Assembly (NCBI GenBank): GCA_002269645.1
Contig: NIVC01001660.1
Span: 124,001 to 188,000, forward strand
Direction: 5' to 3'
DNA: 64,000 nt
DNA from: Macrostomum lignano
Taxonomy: Eukaryota
The stretch's first letter is position 1; each line of letters begins with the position of its first letter. A program made the translations under genes and the position numbers. This document shows, piece by piece, positions 35,414 through 46,775 of the stretch. The notes below the pieces were generated by a model, which did not search any database, had not been told where the DNA came from, and was given only the letters and a program-made list of their open reading frames with translations.

Positions 35414-37479
35414 TCACTGGCCGCCGTTGGCTCCATCCTCGCTATTGGCAGCTGGGGACCGCGAGCCGGACCGAGAGCGCGAGCCGGAGGCCGAGCGGGA
35501 CTTCGAGCGGGACTTATTAGAGGCCGAGCGGGACCGAGACCGGGACGGCGAGCGCGACTTGTCAGCCGAGCGGGACTTGGATTTGGCCGCCCCTCTGGCG
35601 GGCAGCGGGGATCGGGATCGCGAGCGGGACGCGGACCGGGACCTGGAGCGGGATCGCGAGCGGGACTTCGAGCGGGCGCCACCTCCGCCATTTCTGCCGG
35701 CATTGTCCGGCGAGTCGCGTTTGCGCGACCGCTTCGGCGAGGGCGACGAATCGTCGCGACGCCTGCGGGCCGGCGGCGGCGAGCGGGACCTCGAGCGGGA
35801 CACCGATCGGGATCGAGAGCGGCGCGGCGGACGACGGTCGCGGCTGCGCGAGCGGGACCTGGACCGGGACCGGGAGCGGCCGGAGTCAGCGCTCACCTGC
35901 AGCCGCTTGCCGTGCCACTCGTAGCCGTCGTATTTCTCGATTGCCCGCTTCATGTCCGAGCGACTATCGAATTCCACGATGCCTTCGCCGCGGTTGGGCC
36001 GGTGGGCGTCCGTGTACATCACCTCGCCAGCGCGGCGCATCAGGTCCTGGCGGAGCACAGGGAAGAGGGAAAAGTAGAAGTTGATCGAGTCTAGATAGCG
36101 AATGTTTTCTAAGACTGATTACAGTAAACTGGAGAAACTGACATTAGGCTAAGGAGGGACACCCAGGCCAAGAAGCTGTAGAGATCTCCAAACATGGTAG
36201 CCTACTAGAAGTAGTAAGATAAAATTATGAATACAAATAAAAAAATAGCTGTGTCATATTCTATTTTTAGTAATACCAGTAATATCACGCAAACAGCGAG
36301 TGACTATGCTATTGTTCGAAAAACCTGTTCTCGACATCTATTTTTAGAACTTCCAAATATGGTAAATGTTAACCTGAATGTGACTTAAGTCTCGCCCTTT
36401 TCTATTCAAAAACCTCACCTGTCAAATAATAAAATTCCTTTCGTGAACTCATCAAAAAACCGGTTTTGAGCTAAAGGCCGACTCAAGGCCGAAAAATTGT
36501 GTATAAATACAAACGCAAAATCCGAGCTGAAATCTCAGACTCGGAGCAGCCTCCAAAGATCTTGGGCTTTGCAAGAGCAGCCAAACGAGGCTATATCTCT
36601 GAGGAAGAGATAAACACCAATTGGTAAGCTTTGTTCAAGTCTTCATTATTTTTATTATTGAGAGCGATTGTTATTGCCGGCCGTTACTGTTCAGTCGATT
36701 TTATTGAGTCTATTGAGTTTGAGGCCTCCCATTTTCCTAAGGGATTGGATAGGATCTGCGGACCGATTCCGATACCCTTAGAGGATTATCGAGTTCTTGA
36801 TTTTGGATTATCCCAGATTAACCGATAGGAGCACACGACTCCGATTCCGTTAGTTCTTAGAAGAAGACGCCCTTTCTGGAGGACCTCGTATTGTTATAGA
36901 AGTTGATTTTGTTATTAGGGCGCATCGTTGATATTGATTTCTGCATTCGAGGAATACTGCGACGTCAATTTTATTGCTACGCTCTCGCTTTCGGCTGATT
37001 CTAGACTTCAAGAAGACTACCCCGGGAGGAACAGCTCTGCGGAGACCAGCTCTACAGACACGCGCGACAAAGAAGAGGAGCCCGCAACAGTAAGTGTTCA
37101 CTGATTTTGTTCCCAGGCTTAAGTGTCTGGGAGTGGAGTTTTCGGGTGACTGATCACCTCCCGACCAAACTCTTCAAAGCATCCCAGAGTCACTTGCATT
37201 GCCCCGGTAAGATGTCACGGTAAAAGTCGCCTGGGTGCCGTTTTTATCGGGTACATACTCCTATATCTGGGACATTCAATAGTCAACTACTATTAGTAGT
37301 TGCAGTATGTACCTTTGCTACCGACGTGATAAACGTACAGTATGGCCCAGAAATACACAAAATTTCAGGACCTCCCCCCCGTCACTCACCTTCAGATCCT
37401 GCCAGCTGACGCCGGTGCTGAGGTTCTTCACCAGCAGTCGGTGGTTGGTGCGCACAGGCGGCCCGTAGCGACCGCCGCT

Positions 37480-37512
<33 letters not shown>

Positions 37513-37764
37513 CCTGGGCCGCCTCGGCGCGCCGTCGGACTTGGCGAACTCCAAGCTGATCCGCTCGCCGCACAGGTCGCGGCCACTCAAATTTGCCACG
37601 GCGTCCTCCGCGTCGCGCGAAGATTCCAGTTCGACAAAAGCGAACCCGGTGCGCATCACGATTTCAACGCAGCGACCGTAGCTACGGAAGAAGCGCTCGA
37701 TGTCGCGTTTGGAGGCCCGGTCGGCTACGCCGCCAAGGAACAGTCGTCGCTGGCCGCGTGGCAT
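35414..37764 (-). CDS. SRSF6: SR splicing factor of the SRSF4/5/6 (B52/SRp55) subfamily, 2 coding exons, 335 aa
   Basis: Exon 37764-37390 (RRM1, Gly hinge, ...SWQDLK|GTGAG); exon 36046-35414 (CAG|[15 protein letters not shown]...GIVEF, long RS domain); SWQDLKD pseudo-RRM signature. The symbol denotes the subfamily, not resolved orthology. Confidence 0.93.
36375..37278 (+). mobile_element. Solo-LTR-like insert in the SR-gene intron
   Basis: TGAATGT...ACATTCA 7-bp inverted ends with TG..CA; TATAAATA at 36502; resembles the solo LTR at 53764-55807 in size and TATA context; no TSD found. Confidence 0.4.
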
Positions 37765-37959
37765 GTCGCTGGTGCTGATTGGCGAGTCTCAAGAGTACAG
37801 AGCAGTGCTGTCAGTGAAGAGCCGAGGCCGATGCTAGCTGGAAGTGATCATTTAAGAGAAGGCGGGAGGGGGGAACTGGGGGTTAGTCAGATAGCAGCCA
37901 CAGCTGGTTTCTTTCAATTGGTACAATCCGATTAAATTGAATTAGAGTGATGCAACTAG

Positions 37960-38790
37960 ATTCGAGTCATGAGAGTAGATCTAAGCCATGAGAGTAGATC
38001 TGGGTCACGAGAGTAGATCTGAGTCAAATTAGATTTGAGTTATGAGATTAGATTCGGGTCATGAGACTGAGAGTAGACTTGAGTTGAGTAGATCTGGGTC
38101 ATGAGAATAGAGCTGGGTCATGAGAGTGGATGTGAGTCATGAGAGTAGATCTGGGTCATGAGAATAGAGCTGGGTCATGAGAGTGGATGTGAGTCATGAG
38201 AGTAGATCTGGGTCATGACAGTAGATTTGGATCATGAGAGTAGATCTCTCATACATATAGGTCATGAAAGTAGATTTGGGTCATGAGAGTAGATCTGGAT
38301 CATGAGAGTAGATCTGGGTCATGAGAGTAGATGTGAGTCATGAGAGTAGATGTGAGTCATGAGAGAAGATCTGGGTCATGAGAGTAGATGTGAGTCATGA
38401 GAGTAGATGTGAGTCATGAGAGTAGATCTGGGTCATGAGAGTAGATGTGAGTCATGAGAGTAGATGTGAGTCATGAGAGTAGATCTGAATCATGAGATTA
38501 GATCTGGGTAATGAGAGTAGATGTGAGTCAGAGAGTAGATCTGGGTTATGAGATTAGATTGAGTCATGAGAGAAGACTTGAGTCGCGTAGATCTGGGTCA
38601 TGAGAATAGATCTGGGTCAAGAGAGTAGATCTGGGTAATGAGAATAGATCTGAGTCATGGGCGGAGATCTGAGTCAGAAAAGTAGATTTTAGTTACGAGA
38701 GTAGATATGGATCATGCGATTAGATTCGAGTGATGAGAGATAGAGATTCAAGTCGTGAGATTAGATTTGATTAATGAGATTAGATTTGTT
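37960..38790. repeat. Degenerate 19-bp minisatellite (TCATGAGAGTAGATCTGGG)
   Basis: Directly visible. Confidence 0.9.
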
Positions 38791-39306
38791 AATACAACTT
38801 TGTCTCAAGATTCCATTGAGTGAGAATAAGAAGATAAGGATAATACTTCAAGTGATTTAAAGCATAAAATATGTATATAAATGCTACTAAAATGGAACCC
38901 ACGTTTGTAAAAAGAACCCAATCGGCATAAACTTCTACATCTTAAAAAAGACACGCATTCGACGTAGAAGATTTTTAAACACTTCGAAGAATCTCTCAGC
39001 CACATGCTCAACCATCATAGCCTTAAATAAATTATTATAACACACATGAGACAGAAGACAGTAGACAACTCAAAAGAAACATAGAATGCATCTCAGCCTG
39101 ATTAGCCTAAACAAAATGTATTTACATAAACAAAAATTAAACAAAACGCAAATCTGACTACTTGTAGTAAGGATGATTTGTATGCTGCTCTGCTTGTGTA
39201 ATAATATCTAATAATAATGTCCGCAAAGCCTCTCTATCGGGCCCTCGGGTCCTTTGAAATTTCGCGATAGCAATTCAGCCCGCTTAAGGTTTGTGTCTGC
39301 TTATAA

Positions 39307-41558
39307 TGACTCTGGGGCGCTACTAGAATGATCCTGGGGCGCTACTAGAATGACCCTGGGGCGCTACTAGAATGACTATGGGGCGCTACTAGAATGATCC
39401 TGGGGCGCTACTAGAATGATCCTGGGGCGCTACTAGAATGATCCTGGGGCGCTACTAGAATGATCCTGGGGCGCTACTAGAATGACTCTGGGGCGCCACT
39501 AGAATGATCCTGGGGCGCTACTAGAATGACTCTGGGGCGCCACTAGAATGATCCTGGGGCGCTACTAGAATGATCCTGGGGCGCTACTAGAATGATCCTG
39601 GGGCGCTACTAGAATGATCCTGGGGCGCTACTAGAATGATCCTGGGGCGCTACTAGAATGATCCTGGGGCGCTACTAGAATGACTCTGGGCGCTACTAGA
39701 ATGATCCTGGGGCGCTACTAGAATGATCCTGGGGCGCTACTAGAATGATCCTGGGGCGCTACTAGAATGACTCTGGGGCGCTACTAGAATGATCCTGGGG
39801 CGCTACTAGAATGATCCTGGGGCGCTACTAGAATGATCCTGGGGCGCTACTAGAATGACTCTGGGGCGCCACTAGAATGATCCTGGGGCGCTACTAGAAT
39901 GATCCTGGGGCGCTACTAGAATGATCCTGGGGCGCTACTAGAATGATCCTGGGGCGCTACTAGAATGACTCTGGGGCGCCACTAGAATGATCCTGGGGCG
40001 CTACTAGAATGATCCTGGGGCGCTACTAGAATGACTCTGGGGCGCTACTAGAATGACTCTGGGGCGCCACTAGAATGATCCTGGGGCGCTACTAGAATGA
40101 TCCTGGGGCGCTACTAGAATGATCCTGGGGCGCTACTAGAATGACTCTGGGGCGCCACTAGAATGATCCTGGGGCGCTACTAGAATGATCCTGCGGCGCT
40201 ACTAGAATGACTCTGGGGCGCCACTAGAATGATCCTGGGGCGCTACTAGAATGATCCTGGGGCGCTACTAGAATGATCCTGGGGCGCTACTAGAATGACT
40301 CTGGGGCGCTACTAGAATGATCCTGGGGCGCTACTAGAATGATCCTGGGGCGCTACTAGAATGATCCTGGGGCGCTACTAGAATGATCCTGGGGCGCCAC
40401 TAGAATGATCCTGGGGCGCTACTAGAATGATCCTGGGGCGCTACTAGAATGATCCTGGGGCGCTACTAGAATGATCCTGGGGCGCTACTAGAATGATCCT
40501 GGGGCGCTACTAGAATGATCCTGGGGCGCTACTAGAATGATCCTGGGGCGCTACTAGAATGACTCTGGGGCGCTACTAGAATGATCCTGGGGCGCTACTA
40601 GAATGATCCTGGGGCGCTACTAGAATGATCCTGGGGCGCTACTAGAATGACTCTGGGGCGCCACTAGAATGACTCTGGGGCGCTACTAGAATGATCCTGG
40701 GGCGCTACTAGAATGATCCTGGGGCGCTACTAGAATGATCCTGGGCGCTACTAGAATGATCCTGGGGCGCTACTAGAATGACTCTGGGCGCTACTAGAAT
40801 GATCCTGGGGCGCTACTAGAATGATCCTGGGGCGCTACTAGAATGATCCTGGGGCGCTACTAGAATGACTCTGGGGCGCTACTAGAATGATCCTGGGGCG
40901 CTACTAGAATGATCCTGGGGCGCTACTAGAATGATCCTGGGGCGCTACTAGAATGACTCTGGGGCGCCACTAGAATGATCCTGGGGCGCTACTAGAATGA
41001 TCCTGGGGCGCTACTAGAATGATCCTGGGGCGCTACTAGAATGATCCTGGGGCGCTACTAGAATGATCCTGGGGCGCTACTAGAATGATCCTGGGGCGCT
41101 ACTAGAATGATCCTGGGGCGCTACTAGAATGATCCTGGGGCGCTACTAGAATGACTCTGGGGCGCCACTAGAATGATCCTGGGGCGCTACTAGAATGATC
41201 CTGGGGCGCTACTAGAATGATCCTGGGGCGCTACTAGAATGACTCTGGGGCGCCACTAGAATGATCCTGGGGCGCTACTAGAATGATCCTGGGGCGCTAC
41301 TAGAATGACTCTGGGGCGCCACTAGAATGATCCTGGGGCGCTACTAGAATGATCCTGGGGCGCTACTAGAATGATCCTGGGGCGCTACTAGAATGACTCT
41401 GGGGCGCCACTAGAATGATCCTGGGGCGCTACTAGAATGATCCTGGGGCGCTACTAGAATGATCCTGGGGCGCCACTAGAATGACTCTGGGGCGCCACTA
41501 GAATGACTCTGGGGCGCTACTAGAATGACTCTGGGGCGCCACTAGAATGACTCTGGGG
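39307..41558. repeat. Homogeneous 22-bp minisatellite (CTACTAGAATGATCCTGGGGCG), about 100 copies
   Basis: Directly visible; variants GACTCT and GCCAC. Confidence 0.97.
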
Positions 41559-42559
41559 CCGTATAGTCAATTAGTTGCGCCTAAAGCGCAACTGCGTCAC
41601 TTAATGAATTAGAACCACATTTCGCATTTATAACAACTCTATTTAGTCTACTTGGGTTAGTAGAGAGATAAGCGCTAACACAACGACTCTTGGACTTTTT
41701 TCTGACTCTGTCGCATCATTTGAGTCGTTAAATAGTCACAAGAGTCACTAGTGTTACTAGTGAGTAGTTTGCAATGACTCTTTAGCGATTATTGTCACGG
41801 TAACATTTTCAATGGGTCCTCTACTCCATCTCCTTTTCTCTAATATCACCATGGAGTAAAAGACTGCCGACCCCTGTACTAAACGCTAGCAAAAAGTAGG
41901 TACTATGAAGTACATCTCCAGCAGCAGAAGAGCAAGGACTCACGCGTGTCGGCCATGCGGATCCCACTCCTCTCTTTCTCTCCCTAATTCTCCCATCAGG
42001 TCAGGGCACCGTCAGTCAGGCCGCCAGTGACCGCCAGAGTCTCCCCCTGCTCAGCGAACTCAGCCGGAGCCATCAGCCAGAGATCCGACATCAGACTTTC
42101 AAAAGACAATTATAATTTTATGTTTGTTTTTTTGTTCTGCTTATCTACCAGGTCCGGCAAAACTTTTGAGCCAGGCCGGGTCGGGTCAGGCCTTACGTAC
42201 CGCCGAGCGGCGCCCTCCGCCAGCGCTACAATTTCAACGCAAAATGAAAATGTTCTCTTATTAAAAATGTGCAAAAAGTAAAGTAACGCAATGTTGTCAA
42301 CTGTTACGAGTAGCATAAAACCGTAAATTATAAGTTATGGTTTGATAATTTGAACGAAGACAAAGGGCTTTGACATGTAAATATCTTGTTTATCTGCTAG
42401 TTACAAGATGCTGCACTCATTACAATCCAGTCTGGGATTATAAACAATAAGGTGTCAGGGGTCTTTAGGTTTATGGCCAGGGGTGTTTCGGTCGGTGTCA
42501 GTCAGTGTCTTAATGAGGTTAAGAGTATGAGTCCCCCATTGCGGTGTAAAGAATTCTAC

Positions 42560-43225
42560 TGAGGTGTCAGGAGTCTTGTTGACGTGTCAGGAAGCTTGTT
42601 GAGGTGTCAGGAGTCTTGTTGAGGTGTCAGGAGGCTTGTTGAGGTTTCAGGGGTCTTGTTGAGGTGTCAGGGGTCTTGTTGAGGTGTCAGGAGTCTTGTT
42701 GAGGTGTCAGGAGTCTTGTTGAGGTGTCAGGAGTCTTGTTGAGGTTTCAGGGGTCTTGTTGAGGTGTCAGGAGTCTTTTTGAGGTGTCAGGAGTCTTGTT
42801 GAGGTGTCAGGAGGCTTGTTGAGGTTTCAGGGGTCTTGTTGAGGTGTCAGGGGTCTTGTTGAGGTGTCAGGGGTCTTGTTGAGGTGTCAGGAGTCTTGTT
42901 GAGGTGTCAGGAGTCTTTTTGAGGTGTCAGGAGTCTTGTTGAGGTGTCAGGAGTCTTTTTGAGGTGTCAGGAGTCTTGTTGAGGTGTCAGGAGTCTTGTT
43001 GAGGTGTCAGGGGTCTTTTTGAGGTGTCAGGGGTCTTGTTGAGGTGTCAGGGGTCTTTTTGAGGTGTCAGGGGTCTTGTTGAGGTGTCAGGAGTCTTGTT
43101 GACGTGTCAGGAGGCTGTTGAGGTGTCAGGAGTCTTGTTGAGGTGTCAGGAGGCTGTTGAGGTGTCAGGAGTCTTGTTGAGGTGTCAGGAGGCTGTTGGG
43201 TTGTCAGGAGACTAGTTGGTTGTCA
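42560..43225. repeat. 20-bp minisatellite (GAGGTGTCAGGAGTCTTGTT)
   Basis: Directly visible. Confidence 0.95.
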
Positions 43226-43593
43226 GGAATCTCCATTTGCCCTGCGAGGGTGCCAGGAAATGACCATAACAACCAAGGACAAAATGCATTGGGTACGTCC
43301 TCTAGAAGATTTAAGCAGGAGCATTCTAGCTTTTTAGAAGTTCAACCCTCCCACGCTAGGGACGCAGCCTAAGGCTTTGAAACCATAGTGATTGGCTACA
43401 CTTGTACATATAAGAAAGACGACTATTGAGACAAAATACATAATCAATTTAACGTATTTACTGAATAATAAAATTACTAATACATCGCAATACTACTATT
43501 AGTAGCCAGTCTAAGTACACGGTGGAAAATCCCCTACAAACTCGCTCTATTAACATATGCCAGCATCAGGTGGCCGGCACAGAAATTGTCGGA

Positions 43594-44973
43594 CTAAGCG
43601 TCGGACAGCAGGCCGTCAGTCAGCGAGGCGTTGGACCGGGTGGACGCCGGCGCCGATGTTGAGCCCGGTCGGCGAGACGGCGAAGGCGACGGCCGGTAGG
43701 AGGCGCGCAGGGCCTTGTCACCGAAGCTGGACGCCGGGGCAGCCGATCGCTTTAGCAGGCGCTTGGCAGCCGGGCTGAGTCCCATCGAGGCTGGCGAAGG
43801 CGACTTGCCACCAGCGGCCGCTGCCTTCGCTTTCGCGGCGTTGGCGTCGTTGACGGCCGCGTCGCGCTGCCTGGCGAGCCGGCGCTGACGGCCGAGCCGG
43901 TCGGCCAGCTGCACAGTCGGCATGGCCGGGATGCGGAAGTACGGCAGGCCTCCGCCGGACGGCGTGGCCGAGCCCGAAGACCCTGCTGCCGGGCTGGCGC
44001 CGTGCAGGCAAGCGGCGTCGTCTAGCCGACAAGGCGTCCCGTCGATGTCGCCCCAAGTCATCAGCGGCGACTCGCCGACTCCGGGCGCCGGCGACGGCGT
44101 GGCCAGATAGGCGGCCGAGGCAGCCGCTGTCCGGCCGGGCGCGGCGCCGGTGCTCAGCTCGCGGCCGTCCGGCCCAATTCGGCCAGGGACGCCGGGACGA
44201 CGAAAGACGCCGTCAAAACCTGTCGAAGGGTTGGAAGCGCCGACAGTAAAAGCGGCGCCAGATGATGCTGTTGGCGCCTCTCCAGTTGGGCGCGAAAATG
44301 GCGCCTGTCGAAAGCGCGTATTGGCGTGCACAATCTGGCGCCGGGTCTCCGGCAGGGCGGCCAGCGCCCGGCCATCGTCAGCGTCGGCATCGTCAGGAGA
44401 GTACATGAGGGCGCTGCGCACCCGGTAGCCAGTCCACGAGTCCAGGCCGGCCGTGACGGCCTCCGAGCTTGACGCAGACGACGCCGCCGCTGTTGACGTC
44501 ACAGCAGCGGCGATGGTAGACGACGCTGAAGACGCGGCAGTTGATTCGGCCTCGTCAGCAGATTTGATTGCCTTCAAAGCATCGGCCTGCTGGTAGAACC
44601 AAGCGTATTTCACTCGCCTGCGGCGCTCAGATTCATCTAGCAGGGCCTGGAACGAGGCGTTGTCCTCGGAGGTGTTGCCGGTGAGGTAGGAGTCCAGGCC
44701 GACTGAGGGCGGCAGCTGCTGCTGTTGATGCTGCGAGGCTGAGCTGATGCTCTCTCCGGCAGCCGATGGAACCGGAGTCTGCAGCGGCGTAGCCATGGCA
44801 ACGCTGGCGCTACCGGCGCTGGCCCGAGCATCCAAATAGCGTTGCTGGGCGCGTAGCTTAGGCAAATCGGGATAGAAATCCCGTTCGACAATGGCCTCAA
44901 GATCGGCTATGAAGTCTTCCTCGGCGTGCACTTTTAAACTGCGAGCCGAGCTGCCGCGCTTCTGTTCGGACAT
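43594..44973 (-). CDS. ESS2: ESS2/DGCR14 (Es2) spliceosome-associated protein, 459 aa, single coding exon
   Basis: EEDFIADLEAIVERDFYPDLPKL, TSEDNASFQ.LL, AWFYQ, IVHANTRF, TPSPAPGVGESPLMTWGDI, DKALRASY.PSPSP match the Es2 family; ATG directly follows an acceptor-like CTTGTCCTGCCAG. Confidence 0.9.
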   Translation of the reverse strand: MSEQKRGSSARSLKVHAEEDFIADLEAIVERDFYPDLPKLRAQQRYLDARASAGSASVAMATPLQTPVPSAAGESISSASQHQQQQLPPSVGLDSYLTGNTSEDNASFQALLDESERRRRVKYAWFYQQADALKAIKSADEAESTAASSASSTIAAAVTSTAAASSASSSEAVTAGLDSWTGYRVRSALMYSPDDADADDGRALAALPETRRQIVHANTRFRQAPFSRPTGEAPTASSGAAFTVGASNPSTGFDGVFRRPGVPGRIGPDGRELSTGAAPGRTAAASAAYLATPSPAPGVGESPLMTWGDIDGTPCRLDDAACLHGASPAAGSSGSATPSGGGLPYFRIPAMPTVQLADRLGRQRRLARQRDAAVNDANAAKAKAAAAGGKSPSPASMGLSPAAKRLLKRSAAPASSFGDKALRASYRPSPSPSRRPGSTSAPASTRSNASLTDGLLSDA

Positions 44974-45229
44974 CTGGCAGGACAAGCAACTGGTCAGAGG
45001 GCTGATCATGCATACGATTTAGTTTTACAAAATTCATTTAAATGTATTAGCAATTGGAAGAATATTAAAAACAAATACTCATAGTATTGTAATAAATCAT
45101 ATTTAAATCAGATTGATAACAAATTTAAGACGTTTTTTAAGAGACTTGTCTATGCGTTTGGTGTCCCTGGTTAATTTAGGCGTCTCTGATTAGATTTGCA
45201 TGTTTCTGGTTATTTTAGAGACATGATTA

Positions 45230-46775
45230 CTAAGAGAGTATCTGATGATATTGGGGAGTCTCTGATGAGATTGGAGAGTCTCTGATGATATTGGAGAGTC
45301 TCTGATGATATTGGGGAGTCTCTGATGAGATTGGGGAGTCTCTGATGAGATTGGAGAGTCTCTGATGAGATTGGAGAGTCTCTGATGATATTGGAGAGTA
45401 TCTGATGAGATTGGGGAGTCTCTGATGAGATTGGAGAGTCTCTGATGAGATTGGAGAGTCTCTGATGAGATTGGAGAGTCTCTGATGATATTGGAGAGTC
45501 TCTGATGATATTGGAGAGTCTCTGATGAGATTGGAGAGTATCTGATGATATTGGAGAGTCTCTGATGATATTGGAGAGTCTCTGATGAGATTGAAGAGTC
45601 TCTGATGATATTGGAGAGTCACTGATGATATTGGGGAGTCTCTGATGAGATTGGGGAGTCTCTGATGAGATTGGAGAGTCTCTGATGAGATTGGAGAGTC
45701 TCTGATGATATTGGAGAGTCTCTGATGATATTGGGGAGTCTCTGATGAGATTGGAGAGTATCTGATGAGATTGGGGAGTCTCTGATGAGATTGGGGAGTC
45801 TCTGATGAGATTGGAGAGTCTCTGATGATATTGGAGAGTCTCTGATGATATTGGGGAGTCTCTGATGAGATTGGAGAGTATCTGATGAGATTGGGGAGTC
45901 TCTGATGATATTGGAGAGTATCTGATGATATTGGAGAGTCTCTGATGATATTGGGGACTCTGATGAGATTGGAGAGTATCTGATGAGATTGGGGAGTCTC
46001 TGATGAGATTGGGGAGTCTCTGATGAGATTGGAGAGTCTCTGATGATATTGGAGAGTCTCTGATGATATTGGGGAGTCTCTGATGAGATTGGAGAGTATC
46101 TGATGAGATTGGGGAGTCTCTGATGATATTGGGGAGTCTCTGATGATATTGGAGAGTCTCTGATGAGATTGGGGAGTCTCTGATGAGATTGGAGAGTCTC
46201 TGATGATATTGGAGAGTCTCTGATGATATTGGGGAGTCTCTGATGAGATTGGAGAGTATCTGATGATATTGGGGAGTCTCTGATGAGATTGGGGAGTCTC
46301 TGATGAGATTGGAGAGTCTCTGATGATATTGGAGAGTCTCTGATGATATTGGGGAGTCTCTGATGAGATTGGAGAGTATCTGATGAGATAGGAGAGTATC
46401 TGATGATGTTGGGCTGATGGGATTGGAGAGTATCTGATGAGATTGGGGAGTATCTGATGAGATTGGAGAGTATCTGATGAGGTTGGGCTGATGGGATTGG
46501 AGAGTCTGATGAGATTGGAGAGTATCTGATGATATTGGGGAGTCTCTGATGAGATTGGAGAGTATTTGATGATATTGGGGAGTCTCTGATGAGATTGGAG
46601 AGTATTTGATGATATTGGAGAGTCTCTGATGGGATTGGAGAGTATCTGATGAGATTGGGTAGTCTCTGGTGAGATTGGGGAGCCTGATGAGATTTGGTAG
46701 TCTACAATGAGATTGGAGAGTCTCTGATGAAATTAAGGAGTCTCTAATGAGATTGGAGAGTGTCTGATCAGATTC
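45230..46775. repeat. 20-bp minisatellite (TTGGAGAGTCTCTGATGAGA)
   Basis: Directly visible. Confidence 0.95.

Noticed and set aside
35427-35924. 165-aa + strand ORF rich in RD/RE
   Set aside because: Antisense shadow of the RS domain
44974-45009. Longer ESS2 start (471 aa ORF from 45009)
   Set aside because: The extension looks like intron/outron sequence ending in an acceptor CAG; ATG 44973 is preferred
45230-46775. CTGATGA in every unit, suggesting tandem hammerhead ribozymes
   Set aside because: No GAAA core strand or stem II/III arrangement in the unit
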